From NCBI GenBank assembly GCA_000388065.2, contig KB932202.1: 64,000 bases of DNA, one strand, 5' to 3'. Below are positions 1-11,164 of the stretch, one piece after another. Below the pieces are notes generated by a model. That model was not told the origin of the DNA and made no database searches. It worked only from the letters and a program-made list of their open reading frames with translations. The position numbers and the translations under genes are program-made. The stretch comes from Fonticula alba ATCC 38817 (Eukaryota > Protista > Nucleariida). Each line of letters begins with the position of its first letter. Position 1 is the first letter of the stretch.

Positions 1-315
1 CCCATGCCCGCCCCTTCGCCCGGCCCCTGGCTCAGATCGCAGCTCACCCAGCCTCTTCGGTGGAACTCTCTCGACCCGGGCCCCCCTTCCCGGACGGCGG
101 CCCGGGCCCCGAGATACGCGACGGCCGGGCAGGGGGGCGGGGGAGGATGTTTATGCGCCCGGCGGACAGGGCGGCGAGCGACCCGGGGCGCGCCCGGCCA
201 TCGCCCAGTGGCCCGAGAAACCCCACGGGCCGCGGAATGCGGTGGCGCGCATTTTTTCCGATCTCTCCCCGGCCCTCCCCGGTCGGTGGGCCTTCTCCCG
301 GGGTGCAATTTTTCA

Positions 316-316
<1 letters not shown>

Positions 317-385
<69 letters not shown>
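317..385. repeat. Poly-C homopolymer (~69 nt)
   Basis: Uninterrupted C run; one of many poly-C/G tracts in the window, several of which border N gaps. Confidence 0.9.
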
Positions 386-386
<1 letters not shown>

Positions 387-855
387 ACCGACTCCACCAC
401 CAGCACCAAGCTTGCCTCGGCTCGGGGTGACCGCTCGGATGACAGTGCTTCGGGATGAAGTTTCCCCCCCTGTCGCTCTTTCCGCGCAGGCTATGGCTGG
501 GTTGCCGTTGGGGCGCGCTCCTGTCGCCCGGGGTCGCTTTCCTGGCCCGGCGTGGCCTCTCGCAGGCCTGTGGCCATCCCCCTCCCCCCCCCCCCCGCCC
601 CCTCGCGGTGGTAGGCCCAAATGCCGCCGAGTCTGCGCCGGATGTCCCCGCGCCCAGCCAGTTGCCAACTGATTTTGTGTTTCCCGCCCGCCCGCCCGCC
701 CGCAGCCTCGGGGGGTCCTGCGAGGTGGTCTCCCCCGCTCCAGCTTCGACCGGGGCAAGATCGCCCGCCGGAAACGCGACATGCTTCCGGATGCGTGCAT
801 TGCATGTGGGTGTGGGTGGGTGTATTGGGGGGGGGGGGAAGGACAATACAAGCGG

Positions 856-2508
856 CTACTCGCGCTTGCCGGCAGCCAGGGGAGTCGAGGGGGCCGCGGC
901 ATTGAGCGCCGAGTAGGCCGAGCTTAGGACCTCGGTCGGGGCCTGGGCCGGTTGGCCGGACCCGGTCGGGAGTTGGCGGAAGAAGGAGGTGAAATCCCCG
1001 GCGGTGGCGCTGGCTGGCGAGGGGGCGGGGGCCGCCGCACTACGCGACGACAGTGCCGACGGGGTGGACGGCGTGACCGCATCCTCCACCGGCCGGGATG
1101 CCACCGTGCCAACACCGAGGTTGTTGCCGGCTGCGACCGGGGCGGCGCCGGTGGCCGCGGGCGTCGAGGCAAGGGACAGCGCAGCGCCGGCATGCCCCGG
1201 AGCGGCCGCCCCCCCGCCCAGGGACATCGGCGAGCCGTACATGGTCGACAGCAAGGACGACAGGGACAAGATCGATGGATGGTAGGCATTGGCTCCGAGG
1301 GCCGATTGGCCAGTGCCAGTGGCTCCAGCACCGGCGGCGACCGATCCCGCTCCGCCCACCAGCCCAAGGGCTGCCAGGGGCGAGAGCGGCGTCGAGAAGG
1401 ACCCGAAGCCCAGGGGATTGTCCATGGACATCGGCAGCTGGAAGAGGGACTGACCGCCCCCGGTGCCGACATTGGTCCCCAGCGCGTTGGAGTGCTGTGC
1501 CAGGTAGGCAGCCGGGATGGCACTCGCCGCGGAGGTGCTGTCCATGGCCCCAGTGCCGAAGGAGCCAGCCCCGGAGCCGGCCAGCGCCCCGAGCAAGTGC
1601 GACGGCAAGTAGGGCGCATGCGAGGATGCGGCCGCCGGCGAGGCCGAGGAGGCATTCCTGGCAGGCGACTGGCCCGCCAACAGGGCCGTCGATACGCCGG
1701 ACGCCCCGGCCGCCGGGGTCGACAGCAGGGAGCTCGGCGCCAGCTGGAAGGCCGGCGCCAGCAGAGGGGCAGCCGCTTGGCTGGCCGCCAGGCCGGTCGG
1801 ATCCACTGCCGCGGCGGTGGCACTCCCCTCGCTGGGCTGGCTACCGGCCATGGCCGGCGCTTCGGCCGGAGGAGCCATCAGCGCACTGGCACCGGCCAGC
1901 CCAAGCGAGGGGAGCATGTACTGCGGAAAGCAGACCCCCAGCAATGAGTCCGCCAGCACCGAAGTGACCGTGGGCATGCCAAGTTCCAGGCCCGCCTGTC
2001 GCAAGGAGTCCAAGGACTGCTGTGTGGCAATGCCGGCGGCCGGGTGTGCCGCCGGCGACCCATCGGTCTCCGTGGCCGGGGCCAGGGCATTCGACGACTC
2101 GTGCAAGGCCGAGGGCTTGAGCGAGCCGCCCACCGGCCGGCGCCCAGCCGCCATGGACGAGGAGGACCCGGTGGTGCCGGTCATGCCCACCAATGAGGGA
2201 AGTCGATCAAGCATGTCGCCCGCCCGCGCGGAGGCCCCACCCCGGAGGGGCGAGTGCCCGAGATCCGAGAACCCTCGCCCGCTGCGCGTGCCGGATGCCG
2301 CCGCCCCGGCCGCCGTGTCGCCCGGATCCAGGCCAAGCATGGCCATGGTTATCCCATCGGCATCGGTGGCGGGCCGGAGGAAGCCACCCTCCGTGAAGGA
2401 GTCCAATCGGGCGCTCAAAATGGATGGGTGCCGGGGCAGATCGCCGAGGTCGGTGTTTGCCGGTGCCATGCGTCCACCCAGGCCCGAAAACCCGGGGGTA
2501 TTGGCGGC

Positions 2509-2539
<31 letters not shown>

Positions 2540-3474
2540 GTGGCCGAGCCCGAGCCCGAGCCCGAGGCCGACCGGGCCGACGGCGAGGAGGGGGGATCCG
2601 AGGAGCCCGAGGAGGAGGGCGCCGAGGAGGTGGAGCCATTCTCTTCGGCACCGGTGGCGATGGCCGCGTCGGTGGTGGCTCCCCCGACGACCGGGGCCGC
2701 TGGCGGCGAGGAAGGTGTGAAGAGGCCTGGCCCTGGGGCCGTGGCCGAGGAAGCGGTCGACGCAGTAGCCAGGGCCATGAGCGAGGATTGCAGCGAGGCA
2801 GCCAGGGCCGTGGCATCGGCCGGCATGGTGGCCCCCGGGTCCGGGGCAGCCCCGGATGCCAATTGCGCCTCCAGCGAGCGGACCCGCTCCACAAGGGACA
2901 CACACACATACAGCAGGCGGCCCTCGCGCTGGCGGATGGCATCTACCAACTGCCGAACGATGGCGGTTTCCCGCTCAAACCGTTGGACCAGCTCCAGACG
3001 AGCCTTCTCCGAGGCGGCCAGCTGGCTGCGCGCCTGGGCCAGGGTCCCCTCGCTGGAGGCCTGGACGCGGACGGCCAGCTGGGCCCGATCGGCCTCCCCG
3101 CGACGGAGGGCCTCCTCGGCCGCTTGCAGGCGCGCTTCAGTCTCCGCAAGGGCCAGCTTGGCACGCTGGGCCTGGTCCTGGGCCTGGGACAGGGCCTCCT
3201 GGGTGGCGGCATTCCGTGCGCGAATCCGCGCTCGGTACTTTTTGTACTTGTCATTGAGCGGAGCCCCGGTCGGCGGGGAGCCTGGGCCACCGGGGCCCGG
3301 GCTGTCGGCAAAGCCGCCCGGTCCCGGGGAGTAGTCCCGGTCGACCAACGGGCTGTCTGCCCGGCTGGCCGCATCCGCGAAGGCTTGCGGACTGGCCGGG
3401 CCAGTGCGCGAGCGCTTTGCCGGCGGCGGCGACAAGGGGGAGGGAGTCGCCGGGCCGGGGGGGACCAGCGTCAT
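856..3474 (-). CDS. Hypothetical protein (~872 aa): N-terminal coiled coil, long Ala/Ser/Gly/Pro low-complexity remainder
   Basis: Single open frame from ATG at 3474 (MTLVPPG) to TAG at 856. It has an NLS-like PPAKRSR and a ~130-aa heptad-like segment (NDKYKKYRARIRARN...RVRSLEAQL). An upstream exon could lie in the 3555-3707 gap. Confidence 0.7.
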
Positions 3475-5358
3475 GGCAGGCGCTGGCTGACGAGCGGGTG
3501 GGGGAGGGGCAAAAAGGCGCGAGGAGCGAGGGGAGCAGGGGGGGGGGGGGGGGGNNNNNNNNNNNNNNNNNNNNNNNNNNNNNNNNNNNNNNNNNNNNNN
3601 NNNNNNNNNNNNNNNNNNNNNNNNNNNNNNNNNNNNNNNNNNNNNNNNNNNNNNNNNNNNNNNNNNNNNNNNNNNNNNNNNNNNNNNNNNNNNNNNNNNN
3701 NNNNNNNGGGGGGGGGGGGGGGGGGGCGTTTCTGACCGAAACACCCGGGTCGGAATGGTCCCGCGCTCGCGAAGGCCGAGACCCTCTGTTTATCGCCCAG
3801 ACAATCCCGTACCCGGCTGAGGATATTAGAAGCAAGGACCATGAGATGCTGCCCCTCGGCGTCTTTGGATGTACGCGAGCCCGCGCATGCCTCGAGTTAG
3901 GGCGGAGGAGGGCGGAGCCGGTGGGGGGCGGAAAAGACAAGACACTGCGCGCGCCGACGCGCGCCGGGCGTCAGCCGGCGAGGGAGGGGCGGGCGGGAGC
4001 ACGAGCATGAGTTCAGAGGACCGGGCGTTATTTAAAAGCCCCCCATGCTGGAAGGTTGTGTGCTCCGGTTACCGCGGCGCCAGCCGGGGAGATCGCTACC
4101 CGCGCGCGCTTTCATTCTGGCATTGCAGATCACACCCGGGATCGTGCCCCTGCCCCTTGAGAGGGTGGAAGGGTGGCGCGCATGCATGTACGCGCGTGCG
4201 CGCGCACACCCGCCCGGGCGCCCGGAATGACACCCGAGGCGCACTTGTCAACATGCCTCTCCGGGCACCTTGCGTCGAGGTGGTTGTGTCTGCGGGGAGT
4301 TGATTGCGGCGACGGCGGCGGCGGCGGCAACCACTGCGGCTGTTGTGTGCCGGCGGCCCCGCGGGCGAACCTCCCCCCCCCCCCCCNNNNNNNNNNNNNN
4401 NNNNNNNNNNNNNNNNNNNNNNNNNNNNNNNNNNNNNNNNNNNNNNNNNNNNNNNNNNNNNNNNNNNNNNNNNNNNNNNNNNNNNNNNNNNNNNNNNNNN
4501 NNNNNNNNNNNNNNNNNNNNNNNNNNNNNNNNNNNNNNNNNNNNNNNNNNNNNNNNNNNNNNNNNNNNNNNNNNNNNNNNNNNNNNNNNNNNNNNNNNNN
4601 NNNNNNNNNNNNNNNNNNNNNNNNNNNNNNNNNNNNNNNNNNNNNNNNNNNNNNNNNNNNNNNNNNNNNNNNNNNNNNNNNNNNNNNNNNNNNNNNNNNN
4701 NNNNNNNNNNNNNNNNNNNNNNNNNNNNNNNNNNNNNNNNNNNNNNNNNNNNNNNNNNNNNNNNNNNNNNNNNNNNNNNNNNNNNNNNNNNNNNNNNNNN
4801 NNNNNNNNNNNNNNNNNNNNNNNNNNNNNNNNNNNNNNNNNNNNNNNNNNNNNNNNNNNNNNNNNNNNNNNNNNNNNNNNNNNNNNNNNNNNNNNNNNNN
4901 NCCCCCCCCTAACACGCACATGTGCTGGCGTTGCGGCTTTTGTCCCCTTCGCGGGCCGCACCATGCCGGCCCCACGTTGGTATATGGGCCCCGAGCTGCA
5001 GCCCGTGCGACTGGTGGCGCACCCCAGCACCGGCCACCTGCAGTACTACCCACGGAGAGGGTGTTCCTGGCGGCAGCCCGCCCTCTGTCCCCCCCCCCCC
5101 CTCTTCCCCTTCCATCCCCGCAGGAAAGGGGACACGTACACACCGCAGCGGCGGTGGCATCGGTTGCGCTCGTGTTGTGGGGTGGATGCTGTATTTGGCC
5201 AGGAGGCAGGCCCACCGGGGCTCGGGCCCGCCGCGGCGTTCCTCGCTCCGGCGAGGAGGAGAAGGACCGGCGACCCGGCGCGCGCGCGCGCGCGCGCACA
5301 TCTCTCGACCGGAGGCCCTCTCGCCGTCCGGACGCCCGGGCCCGCGGCCGTCACCGCA

Positions 5359-7500
5359 TCAAGAGTGAGTGGCATACATGTGGTGCGCCTCGGGGTTGAC
5401 ACTGGTGGCTGGATCGGCCACCGGCGGGTACCAATACTGCTGGTCCTGGAGATGATACACTTCACGCACATGGACCCCGGTCTGGACGGTGGCCATGTGG
5501 TCATAGACGGCGGCGGCGATGGTGATGTCGTAACTCCGCTGGTCGTTCACTGTGAAGGTCGCCTGGCCGATGAGGCGCTGCGAGGCATTCACGGCGATGG
5601 GATTCTAGCGGGGCCCAAAGAAAGGCATGTCAGTGGCCGAAGGAAAGTCACATGGAGTGGGGATTGGCGGCCCCCCCCCCCCCCCCTGGCTGCTTGTCCT
5701 CCTTGGCGGACTGCTAGCGGGCATGGCGGCAGCAGGGCCGAGCATATGGTCCGCCCAGGGCACGCACCTTGAACAAGAAGCGGATCTGATACCAGTGTGT
5801 CCTCGGGCTGAAGGGCGAGGTGCTCAGGATGATGGTCTTGGTTTGGCCATTGAAGCTCACATCAAACCACCCAGCAAGGCCATGCATGATGCCGGTATAT
5901 GTGCAGAGGAAGTCGAAGGGGATGGTGAAGGACTGAAGCTGCTCCAGCAGGTGGGCCCCAAAGTTGATGAAGTGCTGCGCCGGGGCCGCGAGCATGGTTT
6001 GTGCCTCGAAGCAGCCGATAACCGGCTGGTTAAAGTGGTGCTCCAAGGCCTGGGGCAAGAGGGCATGTCAGTGGCAGACCCAGGGCCCGGTGAGCAGGGA
6101 GGGAGCTCAGCTCGTCAGGAGACCAGCCATAGGAGGAGCATGCCCAGGGGGAGGGGGGGGGCGGGGGGACGGACCGACTTGTGCAGCGCCGACAGATCGA
6201 CGCCATAGAAATCCTTCGTCTCCCAGAAGCGCACTCGGCTCATGATCTCCGTATACAGGGAGTTGTCGGTGAAGGGAGCCAGGAAGATGGTCGAGGTGGA
6301 GGGCATCATGAGGCCGCCCTATGTGCGAGAAGAGCCCGGAAGACAGGGCACAGAGAGGGGGCGAGGGGGAGAGGGAGAGAGAGTATACAGATGAGGAGGA
6401 GGAGGAGGAGGAGGAGGAGGAGAGGGCCGAGCACATGGGCGCGAGTCAGGGGTGGTGAAGCATGGGCGTGCGAGGGGGGAAGCTGAGCGCACCGGACGCA
6501 GCCAGAGATCGCGCGCCAGGAGGAAGGTCTCAATCATGCGCTCATGCACCAGCAGCACACCCATGGGCTCCGAGATGATGACGTCCACCTGCTCGGGCAG
6601 GGTCACCTGGCATCGGGGGCGGAGGCAGTCAAGGCAAATCCAGTGGTCGTGGTCGTAGCAGGCGGATGAGGACGAGCGGGGACGGGGGAGAGACAATCAG
6701 TGGCCGGGAAATCCCTCCACCCCTTCCCTGCAATCTGCACCTTTACATGCGCCCGTTCCATGGGCAGTGCGCACCTCCTCGAGCTTCCCCTTCAGGACGG
6801 TGATTTTGTTGGTCATGTTGTTGGAGGCCACCAGCTTCTTGGCGATGTCGGCCATGTTGCTGGCTTCAACGGCATAAACATGACGGGCACCGGCCTGGGC
6901 CGCGAAGAAAGACAAAATGCCCGAACCGGCACCGACATCCAGGACAACCTGTTGACAAAGCAGTTAGACCAGGAGCAACGCAGGAGGCGCAGCCGAAAGG
7001 GGGACCAAAGGAAAAGACCCCGGAAGATGGCAGCCACCCCGGCCAAGCACGGCCTCAGGGACTGTGTCCAGCGGGGCCCCTATGCCCCATGGCCAGGAAG
7101 GAGGGCTATGCGGGGGGCCACCCAGAGCACGCACCTTATCCTTGAAGTCTGTGCCATTCTCCAGGATGGCATGCTGGTAGTGCGTCGTGCGCACGGCATC
7201 CTGCAGCATGTTCTGCTGGTTGGTCAACTGCGCATAGTAGTTGAAGTAGTTCACATCGCAGGAGGCCGACTCGGCCGAGGCATCTTCGGCCGGCTTCGGC
7301 CGAGCCGTCACCACGGCAGCCCCAGCCGCAGAGGAGGTCCCGCGCGGACGCTGTGGCCGACCTCGGCGGTGCTTCTGGTCCCCGGCCTCATCGCCCGCAT
7401 GGGGGTGTTGCTGGTGGCCCGGCGAGTCGGACTTCTTGCCGGATGCCGGTTTCCGGCGCCGGTCGCGCCCGGCAAAGGAGGCGTCGGGCTCGGTGGACAT
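5359..7500 (-). CDS. CARM1: Type I protein arginine methyltransferase, CARM1/PRMT4-like (~441 aa, 6 exons)
   Basis: Inferred exons 7500-7135, 6948-6775, 6606-6493, 6318-6175, 6049-5768, 5604-5359 sum to 1326 nt in frame. Motifs: [54 protein letters not shown] (double-E loop), [16 protein letters not shown] (THW loop). Confidence 0.9.
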
Positions 7501-8201
7501 GGCCGTGACAATACGGCAGTAAGGGGGCGAGAAAGGGAAGGGGAAAGAGGGAGAGAGGAGGAGGAGGAGGAGGGGGGGGGGGGAAGAGCGCAGAGAGTGT
7601 GCCCAGATGGCCACCTGATCTGGGGCGCAGACGAGGCGGTGGGAACCACAGGAAAGGAGGAGCGCAACGAGGACGCGAGGCGCGGAAACAATTCCGACGG
7701 ACATGCGCACGCTGCCAGGTGCACACCTCCGGGGCACCGGAAAAGACCCCGGGGCCCCTCCGAGACACACGCCGTCCGAACCTGCGCTGGTCTGGACTCG
7801 GTGCGGGTCTCCCTGTCGGCGGAGCCTGGAAGAGTCCTCCCCTGCGTTCGGTCATCACTAGCCCCTCAACCCTTGGCAGGCGTCCATCACTAGATCCCTG
7901 GGAGAAACCCGAGCCCAACGGCCTGCCCTCGTCTGGCCCTCCTCCCCCGGGAAGCCTCCCCGTTCGCCGCTGGCGCCTGCGCGTGTGGTGGTCGCACGGC
8001 CGGGGGGTGGGGCGGGGGGGGNNNNNNNNNNCCGAGGGCGGGGGAGCATGGCACCGGATTGCAGCGCCGGCGGCGTACCAACACGCCCATTCTGGAATGG
8101 CAGATACCTGGGACATGATCACATGTGCAGACATTCGGCGCGATCGGCCCAAGCGTGGTGCTGCGCGATCTGGCGCGATGAACGCCCCCCCGCCCCGCCC
8201 G

Positions 8202-8253
<52 letters not shown>

Positions 8254-8583
8254 CCCGCCCCGCCCGTCCCGCACGCCCCGCCCGCCCCGCACGCCCATTG
8301 ACTCCTGCCCACCCCGAGCCGGTGGGGCAAGGCCTCGATAAGGCCCGGCCGGGCATGGGGGTGCCATTATCAAGCGCTTTTGATCGCGGTCCCTCCGCGA
8401 GGCTTAAGGCGCCTCGGACCAGCCCCCCTTCTAGACGCCTCTCGACAAACACTCCATTTGACGCCCACTCCCACTTCTTCCCCTTTCTTTCGCTCTCTCT
8501 CTCTCTCTCTCTCTCCCTCAGTCCATTTCTATTTCCGCCTCCCCTTCCGCTCCTCCCTCTCCGTCATACAGGACCTCTATCCC

Positions 8584-9290
8584 ATGGATGAGGAGGATTT
8601 CTCTCGCTTTGACCCCGAGGGGAGGGTTGTCCTGCCGGACGAGCTGTACGAGCGTGCCCTGGCCCGGGTGATTGAGCGCGACTTCTTCCCCGCCCTAGCT
8701 CGGGAGCGCGCCGCGCAGGAGCGCCTCGCGGTGCGTCCCCCACTGCCAGCCCACCTACGCCCCTCCCTCCTGCCGCGTCCATGCAGTATCTCACCTCCCG
8801 GCCGTGGGCTCGTCTTGCACTGTTTCCCCCTCTCAGCGTCTTCACCGGACCGATACCACCCGGAATGCGGCCCAAGTCCGAGCCACCCCCACGCCGACCA
8901 CCCTGCAGCATGTCTCGATTGCCCCGCTATCCGTGCGCTCCGGCATCCTTGCTCCGGGCATTGACGAGGAGGACGACTTGCCGACCGAGGTCAATGTGGC
9001 CGGCCTATCGCTCGATACATTTGCCGCGATGTATGTGTCCGAAGATAGCGCCTACGATGCGGGCGTGGCTCGACGGCTGACCGTCCGTCGAGCTGCCGAC
9101 CTGGCCCAGCGTTTCGGCCTCGATGCACCAACCCTCGAGCAGCACATGCTGGAAGCATCTTCCTTGACGGGCCGGCGTGAGCGTTTGCCCCTCCTCGAGG
9201 CGCCCAAGGACCCCGAGCGAGAAGGCTCGCTCGGTTCAGGTACATGCCCCATGCTGCTGCTCGCTCGTTCGCCCCCCCCCCCCTCCTCCC

Positions 9291-9347
<57 letters not shown>

Positions 9348-10471
9348 CCCTCCACGTGCCCGGTCTCGCTCATCATATGGGCTTCGGTCGCCCGCATACG
9401 TGTTCTAACGCCCAACACAGCGATCATGTTCCAGCCGCGTGCATTGCCGCCCCCCGAGCAGCTCAGTGCCACTGCCCCCGGTGTGCCGGTTATTCACCAT
9501 GACAATGTCCGGTTTGCTCGACCTCTTCCACCGGCTCAGCCGTCCGGCGCTGGTAAGTCCGGCGCTGGTAAGTCCGAGCCCTCCCCCTCCTCCTCCTCCT
9601 CTCCGTCGGTGGTCCTGCCTTTGCAGGGGGCAGATCCATTTTCCGAGCCACCAAGCGGGGCCGCACTCAGGGTACATGCAAAATGCGCCAAAGCTCCCTG
9701 CCTACCCCCCCCCCCCCCCCCTCCCCGCCCCCACTAACCTCTCCTCCTCTCCTTGGCCTGTCTCTTTCCCTCCTTGTCTTGACCTAGTTCGATCCATCCG
9801 GCAAGCAGCTTGGCGTGGCCACGGTTGGCCAGGTGAATGGCCACGCACTTATTGAGCGCACCCCCCGGTTGTCCCCTTCCCGGCACTTTGAGCCGATCAT
9901 GACCTGGGGTGTGGTCGCGTCCACACCTTTGGCCCTGTCGGAGGACACCACCGGCGCCGGGGGCCCCGGTGACATGTGGGACGCCGGGGCCGCGGCCACC
10001 CGCGACCAGTCCTACGTCCATCGGCTGCCGGAGGCCGATCCCATGGATCGCGTGGCCCGGGAGCTTTGGCGCAAGATGCGGGCCTCCTCCTCCTCCTCCT
10101 CGGGCGGAGGCGGCTCGACGGCCGGCTCCGGCGCTGGCAGCCGGACCCCGGTTCACTTGACTCCCACTTCCCTGCGCACGCCGTCCACCCCCTTGCACCT
10201 CATGTCCCCGGCGGCGCGGGCCCTTCAGCGGCAGGCCCAGCGCTCTGGCTTCACCCCCTTGTCTACTCCCTCCGGCCGGTCGGGCTATCGACCAGCCTCC
10301 TTCAGTCCATCCCCTGTGGCCGGGGGATCAGCCGCCCCGGCGGCCCATGTTAGTCGGCGCTCATTGTCGCAGGCCTTCCGGACGCCGATCGCGCGGCCTC
10401 CAGGCCCAAGCCGGGGGTCGCGTCCGGCCACCACTCGCGCACCCACGCATCCCCCGCCCCCCGAGCAGTGA
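8584..10471 (+). CDS. ESS2: Splicing factor ESS2/DGCR14 (Es2) homolog (4 exons)
   Basis: Exons 8584-8730, 8837-9239, 9421-9671, 9788-10471 join in frame. Motifs VLPDELYERALARVIERDFFP, LSLDTFAAMYVSED, IHHDNVRF and PIMTWGVVASTP match the Es2 family. Confidence 0.85.
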
Positions 10472-10866
10472 GACCCCGTGCCTTTGTTTGTCGTTGCTGC
10501 CCTCTGTCTGCCGCCCAGTATACACACATACACATGTCTGTCTGTCTGTCCCTCTTTCTTTCTCTCCCTCTCCCCTCCACTCTATGCATGCTTGCCCTAT
10601 GCCCGGGCCTCCGGGCCGACCTCTCCCTGTCCGAGTCTCTGTCTTTTCGCCCCCCCCCCCCCCCCCNNNNNNNNNNNNNNNNNNNNNNNNNNNNNNNNNN
10701 NNNNNNNNNNNNNNNNNNNNNNNNNNNNNNNGGCCGCACCCATCCCGGAAGGAGGATGACCATGCCCCAGCAAGCACGGAGAACAAGGACGATCAGACGC
10801 GCGATCGTGCCTCGGGATCCCCCTCCGCCCCTCCCTTTCGCGCCCCCCGGGAGTGAGGCGCTCGAT

Positions 10867-10906
<40 letters not shown>

Positions 10907-11164
10907 GGGGGGTTTTATCGGGACACGGTTTGCCTTGTGGCGGCCCTCCGCAGGGCCGCGCTTGCATCCACCTCCCCCTCCCCCTCAGTTTGACACTTTC
11001 TCCCTCGCTCCTTCCCTCCGTCTGTCTGGCACCCCCCTCTTTTGCTCCCCCTTTGGCCTGTCCCTCCTCCTGCCCATCCGCCGCCCCGCTCCTCTCTCTC
11101 TCTCTCTCTCGTGGGCCCGCAGCCCGACACTCCCGCCGGCGTTGCTGATCCCCCCACCGACGCC

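Noticed and set aside
1817-3735. Long + strand ORFs antisense to the 856-3474 gene, and similar shadow ORFs across the window
   Set aside because: Expected in ~70% GC DNA with few stops; no motifs. ORFs running through N gaps and homopolymers are artefacts.
9542-9576. 15-nt tandem duplication (SGAGK x2) in ESS2 exon 3, each copy containing GTAAGT
   Set aside because: A small in-frame slippage duplication in a disordered linker; no evidence the donor-like sites are used.
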